A DNA stretch of 57,856 nt from Bacteroidales bacterium (GTDB lineage Bacteria > Bacteroidota > Bacteroidia > Bacteroidales > VadinHA17): positions 1-57,856 of the forward strand of contig JBGSLG010000118.1 in the NCBI GenBank assembly GCA_041740815.1, given 5' to 3'. Shown here piece by piece: positions 47,584 to 57,856 of this stretch. Numbering within the stretch: the stretch's first letter is position 1; each line of letters opens with the position of its first letter. The notes beneath the pieces are model-generated. The model saw only the letters and a list, made by a program, of their open reading frames with translations, did not search any database and was not told the origin of the DNA. A program made the position numbers and the translations under genes.

Positions 47584-49705
47584 GATAACCAGCGCCGGCT
47601 AACTTATCAATGATAAAGAGCACATACCTGATATCGAGGCTGATATTGCGGCTCTGCTTCGGATTGTACATTATGTCAGACGCTACACCCTCCCAAGCCC
47701 TGTCAAAGTTGATGCCTATAAGGTGCCCGTCAGCATTGAGCACCGGGCTTCCTGAGTTGCCTCCGGTGGTGTGGTTGTTGGCGATGAAGCAGACAGGTAC
47801 ATCGCCGTTAAAAGCATACCTGCCAAAGTCCTTATTCAGGTAGAGCTCCCTGAGCCTGTCGGGAACGTCATAGTCGTAAATCTCCGGATTATCCTTCTCC
47901 ATCACCCCTGTGAGTGTGGTATAATGCTTGTGGTATACCGCATCGCGTGAATCGTATCCCATCACTTTCCCGTATGACAACCTCAGAGTTGAGTTTGCAT
48001 CCGGATAGAAGACCTTGTCACTGCCCTGTTCCATCTGTGCAGCCATGTAAAGTCTGTTCAGCTCCGTCAGGCGCGCGTCAGCAGAAAGCATCTCAGGCCT
48101 CACCTTTGTTTCTATCAATTCACCCGCTGAGGCGGCAAGGATGTAGAAAGGATCCTTCTTAACCTTTTTTGCATCAAACCTGGCAAGCAGCGCCTTCACC
48201 TTCGCCTCATCCGTGAACAGTGATCCGGCAAAGAGTTTGTCAGCCGCAGCCCCGAAATCGCCTTTGTATGATGATGCCAGCTCCCTGTATGCCGGTGCCT
48301 GCCATTCAGGCTCCACATTCTTTCCGTAAAGTTCCATGACTGCGACAAACAGTTTTTTGGAGACATCCTGATCATAGTTGCGGAAGAAGCCGTCGGCATA
48401 GCCCTGCAATCGTACAAGCTCCTTAGCAAGATCAGGGCTCTGCTTTTCTGCCAGCTCCACTGCTCTCCTGAAGCCAGCTGCCAGGCTTGCAGGCTCGACA
48501 CCCGCGGACCCAAAGACCTCAGAGGTATATGTATTGACAAGATAATATTTGACATAACTGTCATATATCTCATCATACTGTTCAAACAGGCTGCCGTATG
48601 TCTGCCTGCGGGCAGGGTCAGCTGCCACCCAGGTCATAAACTCTTTCTCAAAGGCCTTCTTGCGGTTGACACCGTCCATGTTGTCAAGACTCTGTATCTC
48701 GCCTATCCATTTCTTCCAGCCGTTGGCCAGGCCGAATGACTTGCCCGAGTATTTAATTCTTACAAGCGGGTCGGTTGCCATCTCCTGCTCCATGATTGAA
48801 ATCTTCTTTCCGCGTATCTCCACCTGCTTTGGATAGATCACATCCTTAAGCATGCTGATATGATGCGAGGGTGCATACTCCTGCGTTCTTCCGGGATATC
48901 CGAAGACCATTGTGAAATCGCCTTCACTTACACCGGCAAGTGACACTGGGAAATGATACGCCGGCTTATAGGGTACGTTATCAGCCGAATAAGCTGCAGG
49001 CTTGTTCCCGCTGTCAGCATAAACCCTGAAGAGGGAGAAGTCGCCGGTATGGCGCGGCCACACCCAGTTGTCAGTGTCGCCTCCGAACTTACCTATGGCT
49101 GAAGGAGGGGCTCCCACCAGCCTCACATCGCGAAAAACCTCATTTACAATCAGGAAATACTGGTTGCCCAGGAAGAATGGCCTTACTGCAGAAAGGTAAT
49201 GAGTACCCTTGACAGCCTCAGTGTTTATAGCTGTTATGTTTGCGTTTATAATGGCATCCTTTTTCTCCTTGGCCATGTCATCTGTGACACCTGCAAGAAC
49301 CCTGTCAGTGACATCCTCCATATACTTGAGGATAGTCACCGTCAGGCCGGGGTTCGAAAGCTCCTCTGCGTTCGAGGCTGCCCAGAATCCGTCAGTCAGG
49401 TAATCATGTTCAAGTGTCGAGTGATTCTGTATTAATCCGAAGCCGCAGTGGTGGTTTGTGAGGATCAGGCCTTTGTCTGAGATGAACTCACCGGTGCAGC
49501 CGCCGCCGAACAGAACCACGGCATCCTTCATTGATGCCTTGTTGATGCTGTAAATATCTTCGGCAGTGAGTTTGAAACCGTTTTCCTGCATCAGCTGAAT
49601 ATTGTATTTCCCGATAAGGACGGGAATCCACATACCCTCATCAGCAACAGCTGACGGAGTGAGCATCGCCGCTAGCAGGGCGAAAATGACAACTCTTTTT
49701 TTCAT
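47537..49705 (-). CDS. dpp11: S46 dipeptidyl peptidase, DPP11-like (Asp/Glu-specific)
   Basis: DEGMW, TNHHC and TTGGNSGSP motifs; FDR.WE has the Arg of DPP11 where DPP7 has Gly. Confidence 0.85.
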   Translation of the reverse strand: MKKRVVIFALLAAMLTPSAVADEGMWIPVLIGKYNIQLMQENGFKLTAEDIYSINKASMKDAVVLFGGGCTGEFISDKGLILTNHHCGFGLIQNHSTLEHDYLTDGFWAASNAEELSNPGLTVTILKYMEDVTDRVLAGVTDDMAKEKKDAIINANITAINTEAVKGTHYLSAVRPFFLGNQYFLIVNEVFRDVRLVGAPPSAIGKFGGDTDNWVWPRHTGDFSLFRVYADSGNKPAAYSADNVPYKPAYHFPVSLAGVSEGDFTMVFGYPGRTQEYAPSHHISMLKDVIYPKQVEIRGKKISIMEQEMATDPLVRIKYSGKSFGLANGWKKWIGEIQSLDNMDGVNRKKAFEKEFMTWVAADPARRQTYGSLFEQYDEIYDSYVKYYLVNTYTSEVFGSAGVEPASLAAGFRRAVELAEKQSPDLAKELVRLQGYADGFFRNYDQDVSKKLFVAVMELYGKNVEPEWQAPAYRELASSYKGDFGAAADKLFAGSLFTDEAKVKALLARFDAKKVKKDPFYILAASAGELIETKVRPEMLSADARLTELNRLYMAAQMEQGSDKVFYPDANSTLRLSYGKVMGYDSRDAVYHKHYTTLTGVMEKDNPEIYDYDVPDRLRELYLNKDFGRYAFNGDVPVCFIANNHTTGGNSGSPVLNADGHLIGINFDRAWEGVASDIMYNPKQSRNISLDIRYVLFIIDKLAGAGYLIDEMTLVGEPQRTP

Positions 49706-50307
49706 ATCGTTTTTGATTTGTTTCCTGTGAAGTGAAGCAATGCGTCATACAGATGGCTTACCGGCATTCCCACAACGTTGTAGTATGATCCCCCGATCCG
49801 CTGGATTCCCCTGAGGCCAATCCATTCCTGGATGCCGTAGGCTCCGGCCTTGTCAAGAGGCCGGTAGTGCTTCACATAATAAGATATCTCCTCCTCCTCC
49901 AGAGCTCTGAACGTAACGCTGGTGGTGACGGAGAAGGTGTGGCTGGTGGTGCTGTCTCTCAGGCAGATGCCGGTAATGACCTCATGACTGCAGCCGGAAA
50001 GAAGCCTGAGAAATTGCATAGCCTCATTTTCGTCCGAGGGTTTCCCAAGAACGGTCTCATGACACCATACAACAGTATCGGCAGTAATGAGTATCTGACG
50101 GGGCAGCAACCTCTCTTTCCACGCGCCTGACTTGCCGGTGGCAAGAAACTCAGCAATCTCCTTACCTCTGAGGTTAGCGGGCCAGGTTTCCTCATAATCA
50201 ATGACCCCGGTTCTGAATCTGAATCCGGCCTCCGCCATAAGATCCCTTCGCCTTGGAGATGCCGATGCCAGTATCAGTTCAAAATCCTGCAGCCCGTCAA
50301 AGATCAT
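49702..50307 (-). CDS. maf: Maf-family nucleoside triphosphate pyrophosphatase
   Basis: ILASASPRR, TADTVV, LGKP, DKAGAYGIQ and NVVGMP motifs; start ATG 50307. Confidence 0.9.
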   Translation of the reverse strand: MIFDGLQDFELILASASPRRRDLMAEAGFRFRTGVIDYEETWPANLRGKEIAEFLATGKSGAWKERLLPRQILITADTVVWCHETVLGKPSDENEAMQFLRLLSGCSHEVITGICLRDSTTSHTFSVTTSVTFRALEEEEISYYVKHYRPLDKAGAYGIQEWIGLRGIQRIGGSYYNVVGMPVSHLYDALLHFTGNKSKTI

Positions 50308-50308
50308 C

Positions 50309-51319
50309 CTATAAGATTTTTCCCGAGGTGATGATCGCACCGGCGACCAGTGAATAGAGAATCCCCGCAACCATTATCAGTTTCATAAGATTGCTGGCTC
50401 TGTGAAACTGATTCTTATCCCTGCCGGTGAATACTTTATAAATGACTGTCAAAAAGGGAATTAACAGAAGCAGTGTGATGTATATCAAGGTTATCCTGTC
50501 ATGAAGATAAACGCCCAAGACGAAATAGAGAAGAGCAACTGTAATTACAGACAGGAATATTACCACCGTCTTGCAGGTCATAAGTCCTGCTTTAACCGGC
50601 AGCGTTTTTCTTCCTGTCTCCCTGTCACCATCACAGTCTTCCATATCTTTTATAATCTCCCGGATCAGGGTTGTCAGGAAGGCGAACAGCGCGAACCCGC
50701 CTACCCAGGAAAAGAGTATGGTGACGCCGGGGAAGTCCAACGCAGTCTGCGAATAATACACATAAATGGGGGCCGCATCGTAAACCACCACAACCATGGG
50801 TACCAGGGATACGAGTATGGCGACAATTATATTACCCAGGAGGAATTGCCTCTTATAGGTGGCTGAATAAAAATAGAGCAGTCCGGTGATGAGGATAAAG
50901 AATACTCCGAGCCATATAAAGCCAATGCGTGCCGAGACGTAGGTGCCTCCAATGACACCAAGGATGTTCAGGATATTGTGGTACATCATTGCCATGCGCC
51001 TGGTGACTGTATTACCGACGATTATGGAGCCACGGTTGATAAGGTCAGTCCGGATATCAAAATAATCATTGATGACATAGCCTGCTGCCGTCAGGAGGCA
51101 GGTTGAGATGACAAGGATAAGAAAATCAAACCACCCCAGCTGGAACATCATGGTGGTAACTGTCTGCGGGTCACCGGCAAGGGTGACGGGCATGGCATTC
51201 AGCAGTGGCCTGATGATTGAGTACCTCATGAGCATCATCGTCACAGCCACCACCAGCAGGTTAGGCAACCTGACGAGATCCATCAGGTCTGTTATCCTCT
51301 CACCACGTAAAAGCTTCAT
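50309..51319 (-). CDS. UbiA-family prenyltransferase (DGGGP synthase-like)
   Basis: RLPNL, GYVINDYFD..TD..N and REIIKDMED..GD motifs; multiple TM helices. Confidence 0.85.
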   Translation of the reverse strand: MKLLRGERITDLMDLVRLPNLLVVAVTMMLMRYSIIRPLLNAMPVTLAGDPQTVTTMMFQLGWFDFLILVISTCLLTAAGYVINDYFDIRTDLINRGSIIVGNTVTRRMAMMYHNILNILGVIGGTYVSARIGFIWLGVFFILITGLLYFYSATYKRQFLLGNIIVAILVSLVPMVVVVYDAAPIYVYYSQTALDFPGVTILFSWVGGFALFAFLTTLIREIIKDMEDCDGDRETGRKTLPVKAGLMTCKTVVIFLSVITVALLYFVLGVYLHDRITLIYITLLLLIPFLTVIYKVFTGRDKNQFHRASNLMKLIMVAGILYSLVAGAIITSGKIL

Positions 51320-51821
51320 GATCCATCCAGTTATTATGAAGTCTCAGCGCCTGCTCAATCACATCACGAACGCATCCCTCCCCGCCGCGTTTGTCGGAAA
51401 TATATACAGCTATCTGTTTTATCTCACTGTCTGCATCAGCCGGGCAGGCAGGCAGTCCAACCATCTTCATCACATTGAAGTCAGGTATGTCATCACCCAT
51501 ATAGAGTACATTCCCGGGATCCACATTCCATCCGGCGAGCAGCTCCTTCATGCTCTCGGTCTTGGTCCTTGAGTTGAGATAGATATCATTAACGCCCAGC
51601 GTCTTAAGGCGTTTAATGTATTCTTTTGAATTGGCTCCGGAGATCACTCCCACGCGGTAACCTTTCTTTACTGCCAGCTGAATGGCATAACCGTCTCTCA
51701 GGTTGACGGTGCGAAGGGGTACTCCCCACAGTGAGAGTGCAATTGTCTGTGTTGAAAGGACCCCGTCTATATCAAAAACGAATGCTTTCACGCCCCTGAG
51801 CTCTTCCTTGAAATTGGTCAT
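51300..51821 (-). CDS. kdsC: HAD-IIIA phosphatase, KdsC-like
   Basis: FDIDGVL, DG..I, MGDDIPD and GGEGCVR motifs. Confidence 0.85.
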   Translation of the reverse strand: MTNFKEELRGVKAFVFDIDGVLSTQTIALSLWGVPLRTVNLRDGYAIQLAVKKGYRVGVISGANSKEYIKRLKTLGVNDIYLNSRTKTESMKELLAGWNVDPGNVLYMGDDIPDFNVMKMVGLPACPADADSEIKQIAVYISDKRGGEGCVRDVIEQALRLHNNWMDHEAFTW

Positions 51822-52600
51822 CAGCTGTTCTTCTTATAGTGATCGGTTATCATCCTGGTGACAAGCCGGTACAGTTTCTGGTATTCAGGCGAGAAAGATA
51901 ACAATTCGATATGACTTATTATTGTGCCTGCATCATGTCTCACAGCAGGTCCGGTCTGCGCTGCTTCCGGGCCTGTGCGCATGACCTTCCTGAATGTCTC
52001 CCCGATCAGGGGATGAAGCAGTGCAGGGTCGAAGCCTGCTCCGGCGGCGATGGCTTCGCCGGTGGTCATCATAAAATTCGAAAAGTTATTTGTAAAGACA
52101 GCTGCCACGTGTAGGTGACTTCTCTGCAGGGAGTCACAGTCCCACGCGCCCGCTCCGATACTGGTGCCAAGCTCTCTCAGCATCTCCAGTGAGCGGCTGT
52201 CGGTGGCCTCTATAAAGAAAGGCACCTTCCTGAGCTCCGGCGGGAAGCCCCGGGTGAATGTCTGCAGAGGATAGAATACACCTGCGCCGGCCAGCCGGCC
52301 CAGGGCTGTCAGTGGCACGCTGCCGGCAGTATGTACCACAAGGGTGCCGGCAGGTATGACAGCTGTTGAAGCTATCTCTGACACTGCGGTGTCAGTGACG
52401 GCCAGGATGAGGATGTCACAGTTGTCGGGGACCGTAAGATCACGGCGCCATTCGGCCCCGGCAGATTCTGCCATGAGCCTTGCACTCTCTCCACCCTGTG
52501 AGGCGACAGACAATATGTTATGACCAGCTGCCTTCAGTCCCGCCGAGAGGGAGATCGCCACATTGCCTGCGCCAATGAAGGATATGTTATATTTCGCCAC
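51821..52600 (-). CDS. Rossmann-fold + DUF2520 oxidoreductase
   Basis: IGAGNVA, HTAGS, YPLQTF, HVAAVF.NNF and QTGPA.R.D motifs. Confidence 0.85.
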   Translation of the reverse strand: MAKYNISFIGAGNVAISLSAGLKAAGHNILSVASQGGESARLMAESAGAEWRRDLTVPDNCDILILAVTDTAVSEIASTAVIPAGTLVVHTAGSVPLTALGRLAGAGVFYPLQTFTRGFPPELRKVPFFIEATDSRSLEMLRELGTSIGAGAWDCDSLQRSHLHVAAVFTNNFSNFMMTTGEAIAAGAGFDPALLHPLIGETFRKVMRTGPEAAQTGPAVRHDAGTIISHIELLSFSPEYQKLYRLVTRMITDHYKKNS

Positions 52601-52634
52601 GCTATATGAGGCTTTAACGGTTCGGCATGGAACA

Positions 52635-53036
52635 TCACTTACCGAATTCGTATGCCGCTACATGTGTTACGTCTATCTGGTAGATCTTCATGTAACTGTA
52701 GTAGGGTGAGTTGCTGGCACTCATCAGGTAGTTGCACTCATAAAAATAGGGGCCGGTAATGAGTATCTCCTCGCCCTGTTTGAATTTTGTCAGTTCGCTC
52801 ATCCACTCTGACGGATTGCAGAAATAGTAGACTGAATATGAATCCCATATCGGTGTGAAACGAGCGCTCTTGGTATCAGCATCATACGTGATGTAGACGT
52901 GCATCTGCTCAAGTGTATCAAGTGCATCTCCGTCGCAGCCGCACTTGGGTTGCTTCTTGCAGCCGCCTGCCAGTACCAATCCGGCCGTAATCAGAAGTGC
53001 AAGGGTTATATTAGCCAGTAACCGGTTTCTTTTCAT
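52635..53036 (-). CDS. Hypothetical Cys-containing lipoprotein
   Basis: MKRNR + hydrophobic stretch + AGGC lipobox, then CGC. Confidence 0.65.
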   Translation of the reverse strand: MKRNRLLANITLALLITAGLVLAGGCKKQPKCGCDGDALDTLEQMHVYITYDADTKSARFTPIWDSYSVYYFCNPSEWMSELTKFKQGEEILITGPYFYECNYLMSASNSPYYSYMKIYQIDVTHVAAYEFGK

Positions 53037-53086
53037 CTCTTTGCCTTTTATCGACATGCAAAATAACGCTTATTTTCCGTCTCTGC

Positions 53087-53119
53087 AAAAAAGAAAGCCG
53101 GTTGAATGTTCAACCGGCT
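53087..53119 (-). terminator. Intrinsic terminator of rpoBC-DUF3467
   Basis: AGCCGGTTGAA / TTCAACCGGCT stem; TTCTTTTTT tail on the minus strand. Confidence 0.8.
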
Positions 53120-53140
53120 CAACATTTAGATGTTCATTTA

Positions 53141-53458
53141 TCATGCCTGTGCTGTCGGGCCGCCAAAGGTGACCGGCATCACAGGTCCTGAGCCCTTGAC
53201 CTCGCGAATCGGTCCGTGAACGGCCTCATACTTCGAGATATTGTCACTGAGAGCTGCCACAAAGCGTTTGGCATGCTCCGGCGTAAGGATTATCCTCGAC
53301 TTGACCTTTGACTTGGGTACACCGGGCATAATCCGTATGAAATCAATGACAAACTCAGCCGGTGAGTGGGTGATGACCGCCAGGTTCGAATAGACACCCT
53401 CGGACACTTCCTCACTCAGTTCAATATTGAACTGGCTCTGATTCTTACTTTCTGACAT
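53141..53458 (-). CDS. DUF3467 family protein
   Basis: EGVYSNLAVITHS..EFVIDF and RIILTP.HAK motifs; usual position after rpoC in Bacteroidota. Confidence 0.9.
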   Translation of the reverse strand: MSESKNQSQFNIELSEEVSEGVYSNLAVITHSPAEFVIDFIRIMPGVPKSKVKSRIILTPEHAKRFVAALSDNISKYEAVHGPIREVKGSGPVMPVTFGGPTAQA

Positions 53459-53469
53459 GACACTGATAA

Positions 53470-56400
53470 TTAATCCTGTTCAACCTCGGATCTGGCCTCT
53501 CCGGCATGAACCAGTGACTCATAGTCGTCAAGAGAACCCACGATCATGTTATTGTACTCCCTGAGACCGGTACCGGCCGGGATAAGATGTCCGACGATAA
53601 CATTCTCCTTCAGTCCTTCAAGGAAGTCAATCTTCCCTAAGATGGCGGCTTCATTCAGAACCTTGGTTGTCTCCTGGAATGAAGCTGCGGAGAAGAAGCT
53701 GTTTGTCTGGAGAGCAGCACGGGTTATACCCTGCAGCACCTGCTGCGAGGTTGCCGGTACAGCATCTCTTGCCTCTATCAGTTTGAGGTCACGGCGCCTG
53801 AGCAACGAGTTTTCGTCTCTCAGTTTGCGGGCCGTGATCACCATTCCCGCCCTTAACGTCTGGCTGTCGCCCGGTTCAAGCACAATCTTCTTGCCGTAAA
53901 CCCAGTCATTCTCATCCATGAACTCCAGCTTGTCAACAACCTGGCGCTCGAGGAACTTGGTGTCACCCGGATCAATGATCTCGACCTTGCGCATCATCTG
54001 TCTGACGATGATCTCGAAATGCTTGTCATTGATCTTAACACCCTGGAGACGGTAGACCTCCTGAATCTCGTTGACAATATACTCCTGGACTTTTGTCGGG
54101 CCCTTGATGGCAAGGATGTCAGATGGCGTGATGGCTCCGTCAGACAGCGGAATGCCTGCCCTCACGTAGTCATTCTCCTGAACAAGTATCTGTTTCGAGA
54201 GGGGCACGAGGTATTTCTTCATCTCACCTGTTTTGGAGGTGATTGTTATCTCCCTGTTGCCTCTCTTGATCTTGCCGTAGGTCACCTCGCCGTCGATCTC
54301 GGTCACAATGGCCGGGTTGGACGGGTTACGTGCCTCGAAGAGCTCGGTGACACGCGGCAGACCGCCGGTGATGTCACCCGATTTGCCAACTGCCCTAGGT
54401 ATCTTCACGATGGTGTCGCCGGCATCAACAAGTTTGTTGAGGTCAGTGACAAGGTGTGCTCCCACCGGCAGGTTGTAAGACTTGATCTCAACCCCTTCAG
54501 GAGACATGATCTTTATGGCCGGGTTCTTGGTCTTGTCCCTGCTCTCTATGATCACCTTCTCCTTGAACCCTGTCTGTTCGTCAGACTCCTCGCGGAAGGT
54601 TACGCCCTCAATGAGGTAGTCAAATGCCACCTTACCCGACACTTCTGAGATGATGACGGCATTGAACGGGTCCCACTCGCAGATCAGGTCACCCTTATGC
54701 ACCTCCTGGTTGGCCTTGATATAAAGCCTGCTTCCGTAAGGCACGGTATGTGTCGTCAGGGCTATCCCTGTCTTTTTGTCCATGATCCTTAGTTCACCCA
54801 GACGGCCGATAACGATATCTACCTTGCCCTTCTCAACATCTTTCTTCTGTACGGTCCTCACCTCCTCGATGACGGCTATACCGCCGTATCTTGCAACGAG
54901 GCTTGATTCCGTGGTGATGTTCGAAGCAGTACCCCCTACGTGGAACGTACGGAGTGTCAGCTGGGTACCGGGTTCACCGATACTCTGTGCAGCTATCACA
55001 CCTGTAGCCTCACCCTTCTGGACCATGCGTCCTGTGGCAAGGTTACGTCCGTAGCACTTGGCGCAGACACCCTTCTTTGATTCACAGGTGAGTACGGAAC
55101 GGATCTCGACCTGTTCTATGGGCGACTGGTCTATGCGGTTTGCCACCTCTTCGGTGATCTCTTCGCCGGCAGCGGTGATGAGCTCGCCGGTGAGAGGATT
55201 GTAGATGTCATGGACGGTTGTACGTCCGAGTATCCTGTCATAGAGTGACTCAACGATCTCCTCGTTATTCTTGATGGCTGTTGCCACCAGTCCGCGAAGC
55301 GTACCGCAGTCCTCCTCGTTTATGATCACATCCTGTGACACGTCTACCAGACGGCGGGTAAGATAACCTGCGTCAGCCGTCTTGAGGGCGGTATCGGCAA
55401 GACCCTTACGGGCACCGTGTGTTGAGATGAAGTACTCAAGCACCGAGAGTCCCTCCTTGAAGTTCGAGAGGATCGGGTTCTCGATGATCTCTGAGCCTGA
55501 CGCTCCGGACTTCTGAGGCTTGGCCATAAGGCCCCTCATGCCCGAGAGCTGACGGATCTGCTCCTTGGAGCCCCTTGCCCCCGAGTCAAGCATCATGTAG
55601 ACTGAGTTGAAGCCCTGCTTGTCTGTTGACAGCTGCTTCATCAGGCTCTGGGTGAGGCGGGCGTTGACATGGGTCCAGATGTCAATAATCTGGTTGTACC
55701 TCTCATTGTTTGTAATGAAGCCCATGCTGTAGTTCGAGAGCACCTCGTCTACCTGCTCATAACCCTCCTGAACAAACATCTCTTTCTCCTCGGGGATGAT
55801 GACATCATCAAGGTTGAACGAGAGGCCGCCGGTGAATGCCATGCGGAAGCCGAGGTCCTTGATGTCGTCAAGGAAGTTTGCCGTCTTGGCTGTACCGGCC
55901 TTCTTAAGCACATTACCGATGATATCCCTGAGAGATTTCTTTGTCAGGAGCTCGTTAATGTAGCCAACCTCTTCCGGCACGAACTCATTGAAGAGCACCC
56001 GGCCTACAGTTGTCTCAATAATATGATTCACCTTCTGCCCGTCAACAACGTCATCTACCTTGACTTTGATGATGGCATGGAGGTCTATCTTGCTCTCATT
56101 GTATGCTATCCGCACCTCTTCGTGCGAATAGAAAGTTGATCCTTCGCCCTTGACTTTAATGCTCTCGGTGCTCTTGCGTGCCTTGGTAATATAGTAGAGT
56201 CCCAGAACCATGTCCTGTGACGGTACGGTTATTGGTGCGCCGTTAGCCGGGTTGAGGATGTTGTGCGATGCAAGCATCAGCATCTGGGCCTCAAGTACGG
56301 CGGCATTGCCAAGCGGCAGGTGCACTGCCATCTGGTCACCGTCGAAGTCGGCGTTGAAAGCCGTACATACAAGCGGATGAAGTTGAATGGCCTTACCCTC

Positions 56401-57762
56401 AATGAGCTTGGGCTGAAAAGCCTGGATACCAAGCCTGTGAAGTGTCGGGGCACGGTTAAGCATCACCGGGTGACCCTTGAGAACATTCTCAAGTATATCC
56501 CATACAACCGGGTCCTTGCGGTCAACAATCTTCTTGGCACTCTTGACTGTCTTGACTATTCCGCGCTCAATGAGCTTGCGTATAACGAAGGGCTTGTACA
56601 GCTCTGCTGCCATGTCTTTCGGGATACCTGTCTCATGAAGCTTGAGTTCGGGACCAACGACGATCACCGAACGGGCCGAGTAGTCAACCCTCTTACCAAG
56701 AAGGTTCTGACGGAAGCGTCCCTGTTTGCCCTTGAGGCTGTCGGAGAGCGACTTGAGAGGCCTGTTGGCGTCTGTCTTTACGGCGTTGGCCTTGCGGGAA
56801 TTGTCGAAAAGTGAGTCAACAGCCTCCTGGAGCATCCTCTTTTCATTGCGGAGGATCACTTCGGGAGCCTTGATCTCTATGAGTCTCTTGAGACGGTTGT
56901 TGCGGATGATAACCCTGCGGTAGAGGTCATTGAGGTCACTTGTTGCGAACCGGCCGCCATCCAATGGAACGAGGGGCCTCAGTTCGGGTGGTATGACCGG
57001 AACGATCTTAACAATCATCCACTCAGGCCTGTTGATGTTTTTTGATTCTCTGAAGGCTTCCACCACCTGCAGTCTCTTGAGGGCTTCGCTCTTGCGCTGC
57101 TGTGAGGTCTCTGTGTTGGCGCGGTGGCGCAGTGAATAAGAGAGCTCATCAAGATCCAGCTTTCCAAGCAGCTTATAGAGAGCCTCTGCTCCCATCTCAG
57201 CAACGAACTTGTCAGGATGATCATCATCAAGATACTGGTTCTCCTTGGGCAGTGTCTCCACTATCTCCATATACTCCTCCTCAGAAAGGAAGTCGAGGTA
57301 TTTAACGCCATCAACGGCTTTTACGCCGGGATTGATGACTACGTATCTCTCATAATAAATTATGCTGTCAAGCTTCTTTGTGGGAAGGCCCAGGAGGTAG
57401 CCGATCTTGTTCGGCAGCGATCTGAAATACCATATATGAGCAACGGGTACCACCAGTGAGATGTGTCCCATCCTCTCGCGCCTGACCTTCTTCTCCGTGA
57501 CCTCAACACCGCAACGGTCGCAGACGATACCCTTGTAGCGTATCCTCTTGTATTTCCCGCAGTGGCACTCATAGTCCTTGACCGGTCCGAAGATCCTCTC
57601 GCAGAAGAGGCCGTCACGTTCAGGCTTGTAGGTACGGTAGTTTATTGTCTCAGGCTTCAGGACCTCGCCGCTTGACTTGTCAAGGATCTCTTCGGGCGAT
57701 GCCAGCCCTATCGAGATTTTCGTGTAGCTGGTCTTCTGTTTGTTATCCCTTCTGAATGACAT
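53470..57762 (-). CDS. rpoC: DNA-directed RNA polymerase subunit beta'
   Basis: NADFDGDQM catalytic motif, zinc-finger Cys residues, SAASFQETT. Confidence 0.99.
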   Translation of the reverse strand: MSFRRDNKQKTSYTKISIGLASPEEILDKSSGEVLKPETINYRTYKPERDGLFCERIFGPVKDYECHCGKYKRIRYKGIVCDRCGVEVTEKKVRRERMGHISLVVPVAHIWYFRSLPNKIGYLLGLPTKKLDSIIYYERYVVINPGVKAVDGVKYLDFLSEEEYMEIVETLPKENQYLDDDHPDKFVAEMGAEALYKLLGKLDLDELSYSLRHRANTETSQQRKSEALKRLQVVEAFRESKNINRPEWMIVKIVPVIPPELRPLVPLDGGRFATSDLNDLYRRVIIRNNRLKRLIEIKAPEVILRNEKRMLQEAVDSLFDNSRKANAVKTDANRPLKSLSDSLKGKQGRFRQNLLGKRVDYSARSVIVVGPELKLHETGIPKDMAAELYKPFVIRKLIERGIVKTVKSAKKIVDRKDPVVWDILENVLKGHPVMLNRAPTLHRLGIQAFQPKLIEGKAIQLHPLVCTAFNADFDGDQMAVHLPLGNAAVLEAQMLMLASHNILNPANGAPITVPSQDMVLGLYYITKARKSTESIKVKGEGSTFYSHEEVRIAYNESKIDLHAIIKVKVDDVVDGQKVNHIIETTVGRVLFNEFVPEEVGYINELLTKKSLRDIIGNVLKKAGTAKTANFLDDIKDLGFRMAFTGGLSFNLDDVIIPEEKEMFVQEGYEQVDEVLSNYSMGFITNNERYNQIIDIWTHVNARLTQSLMKQLSTDKQGFNSVYMMLDSGARGSKEQIRQLSGMRGLMAKPQKSGASGSEIIENPILSNFKEGLSVLEYFISTHGARKGLADTALKTADAGYLTRRLVDVSQDVIINEEDCGTLRGLVATAIKNNEEIVESLYDRILGRTTVHDIYNPLTGELITAAGEEITEEVANRIDQSPIEQVEIRSVLTCESKKGVCAKCYGRNLATGRMVQKGEATGVIAAQSIGEPGTQLTLRTFHVGGTASNITTESSLVARYGGIAVIEEVRTVQKKDVEKGKVDIVIGRLGELRIMDKKTGIALTTHTVPYGSRLYIKANQEVHKGDLICEWDPFNAVIISEVSGKVAFDYLIEGVTFREESDEQTGFKEKVIIESRDKTKNPAIKIMSPEGVEIKSYNLPVGAHLVTDLNKLVDAGDTIVKIPRAVGKSGDITGGLPRVTELFEARNPSNPAIVTEIDGEVTYGKIKRGNREITITSKTGEMKKYLVPLSKQILVQENDYVRAGIPLSDGAITPSDILAIKGPTKVQEYIVNEIQEVYRLQGVKINDKHFEIIVRQMMRKVEIIDPGDTKFLERQVVDKLEFMDENDWVYGKKIVLEPGDSQTLRAGMVITARKLRDENSLLRRRDLKLIEARDAVPATSQQVLQGITRAALQTNSFFSAASFQETTKVLNEAAILGKIDFLEGLKENVIVGHLIPAGTGLREYNNMIVGSLDDYESLVHAGEARSEVEQD

Positions 57763-57802
57763 ATATTTTTTCTTTCTTTTACTTTTTGTGTACTCGGCTT
57801 AA

Positions 57803-57856
57803 TTACTCAAGGTTGATGCTCAGTCCCAGCCCGCGCAGTTCATGCAGAAGCACGTT
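57803..57856 (-). CDS. rpoB: 3' end of RNA polymerase subunit beta (partial)
   Basis: Reads NVLLHELRGLGLSINLE* immediately upstream of rpoC. Confidence 0.92.
   Translation of the reverse strand, partial: NVLLHELRGLGLSINLE

Noticed and set aside
53546-57675. Several 65-209 aa plus-strand ORFs
   Set aside because: Antisense shadows of rpoC caused by codon bias
1-57856. Mobile elements, prophage, defence systems, rRNA or tRNA genes
   Set aside because: No transposase, integrase, phage, nuclease-defence or structural RNA signatures were recognised

Overview
Chromosomal segment of an anaerobic Bacteroidota (Bacteroidales-like) genome. The assignment rests on the TAnnTTTG -7 promoter motifs, the rpoB-rpoC-DUF3467 arrangement, the S46 peptidase and a T9SS-CTD-like domain. 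I found no rRNA, tRNA, CRISPR array, transposase or integrase. From left to right: an hfsABC-like sensory [FeFe]-hydrogenase/PAS/SpoIIE-phosphatase module with a degenerate H-cluster site; housekeeping hydrolases, yebC, an spmAB fusion and siaC; a candidate synthase-dependent exopolysaccharide system (stand-alone receiver, TPR/YaiO outer-membrane barrel, SPOR-like/TM/HEAT protein, processive GT2, plus a convergent secreted clan GH-A-like enzyme); a ROK-MFS-sulfatase and Gfo/Idh/MocA-DUF1080 sugar cluster containing a decayed GH20-like remnant; a malic enzyme lacking the PTA domain; HypD with its activase; an OadA-like carboxyltransferase; an M3 peptidase; a 7TM histidine kinase; hcpR-frdX-hcp with a perfect palindromic operator; a 1417-aa activase/dehydratase-like fusion; DPP11, maf, a UbiA prenyltransferase, kdsC, DUF2520; and rpoC with the 3' end of rpoB. 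Four intergenic regions carry 7-8-nt tandem repeats, three of them from one strand-polarised family lying between convergent genes. All family calls come from motif recognition by eye; no database search was run.
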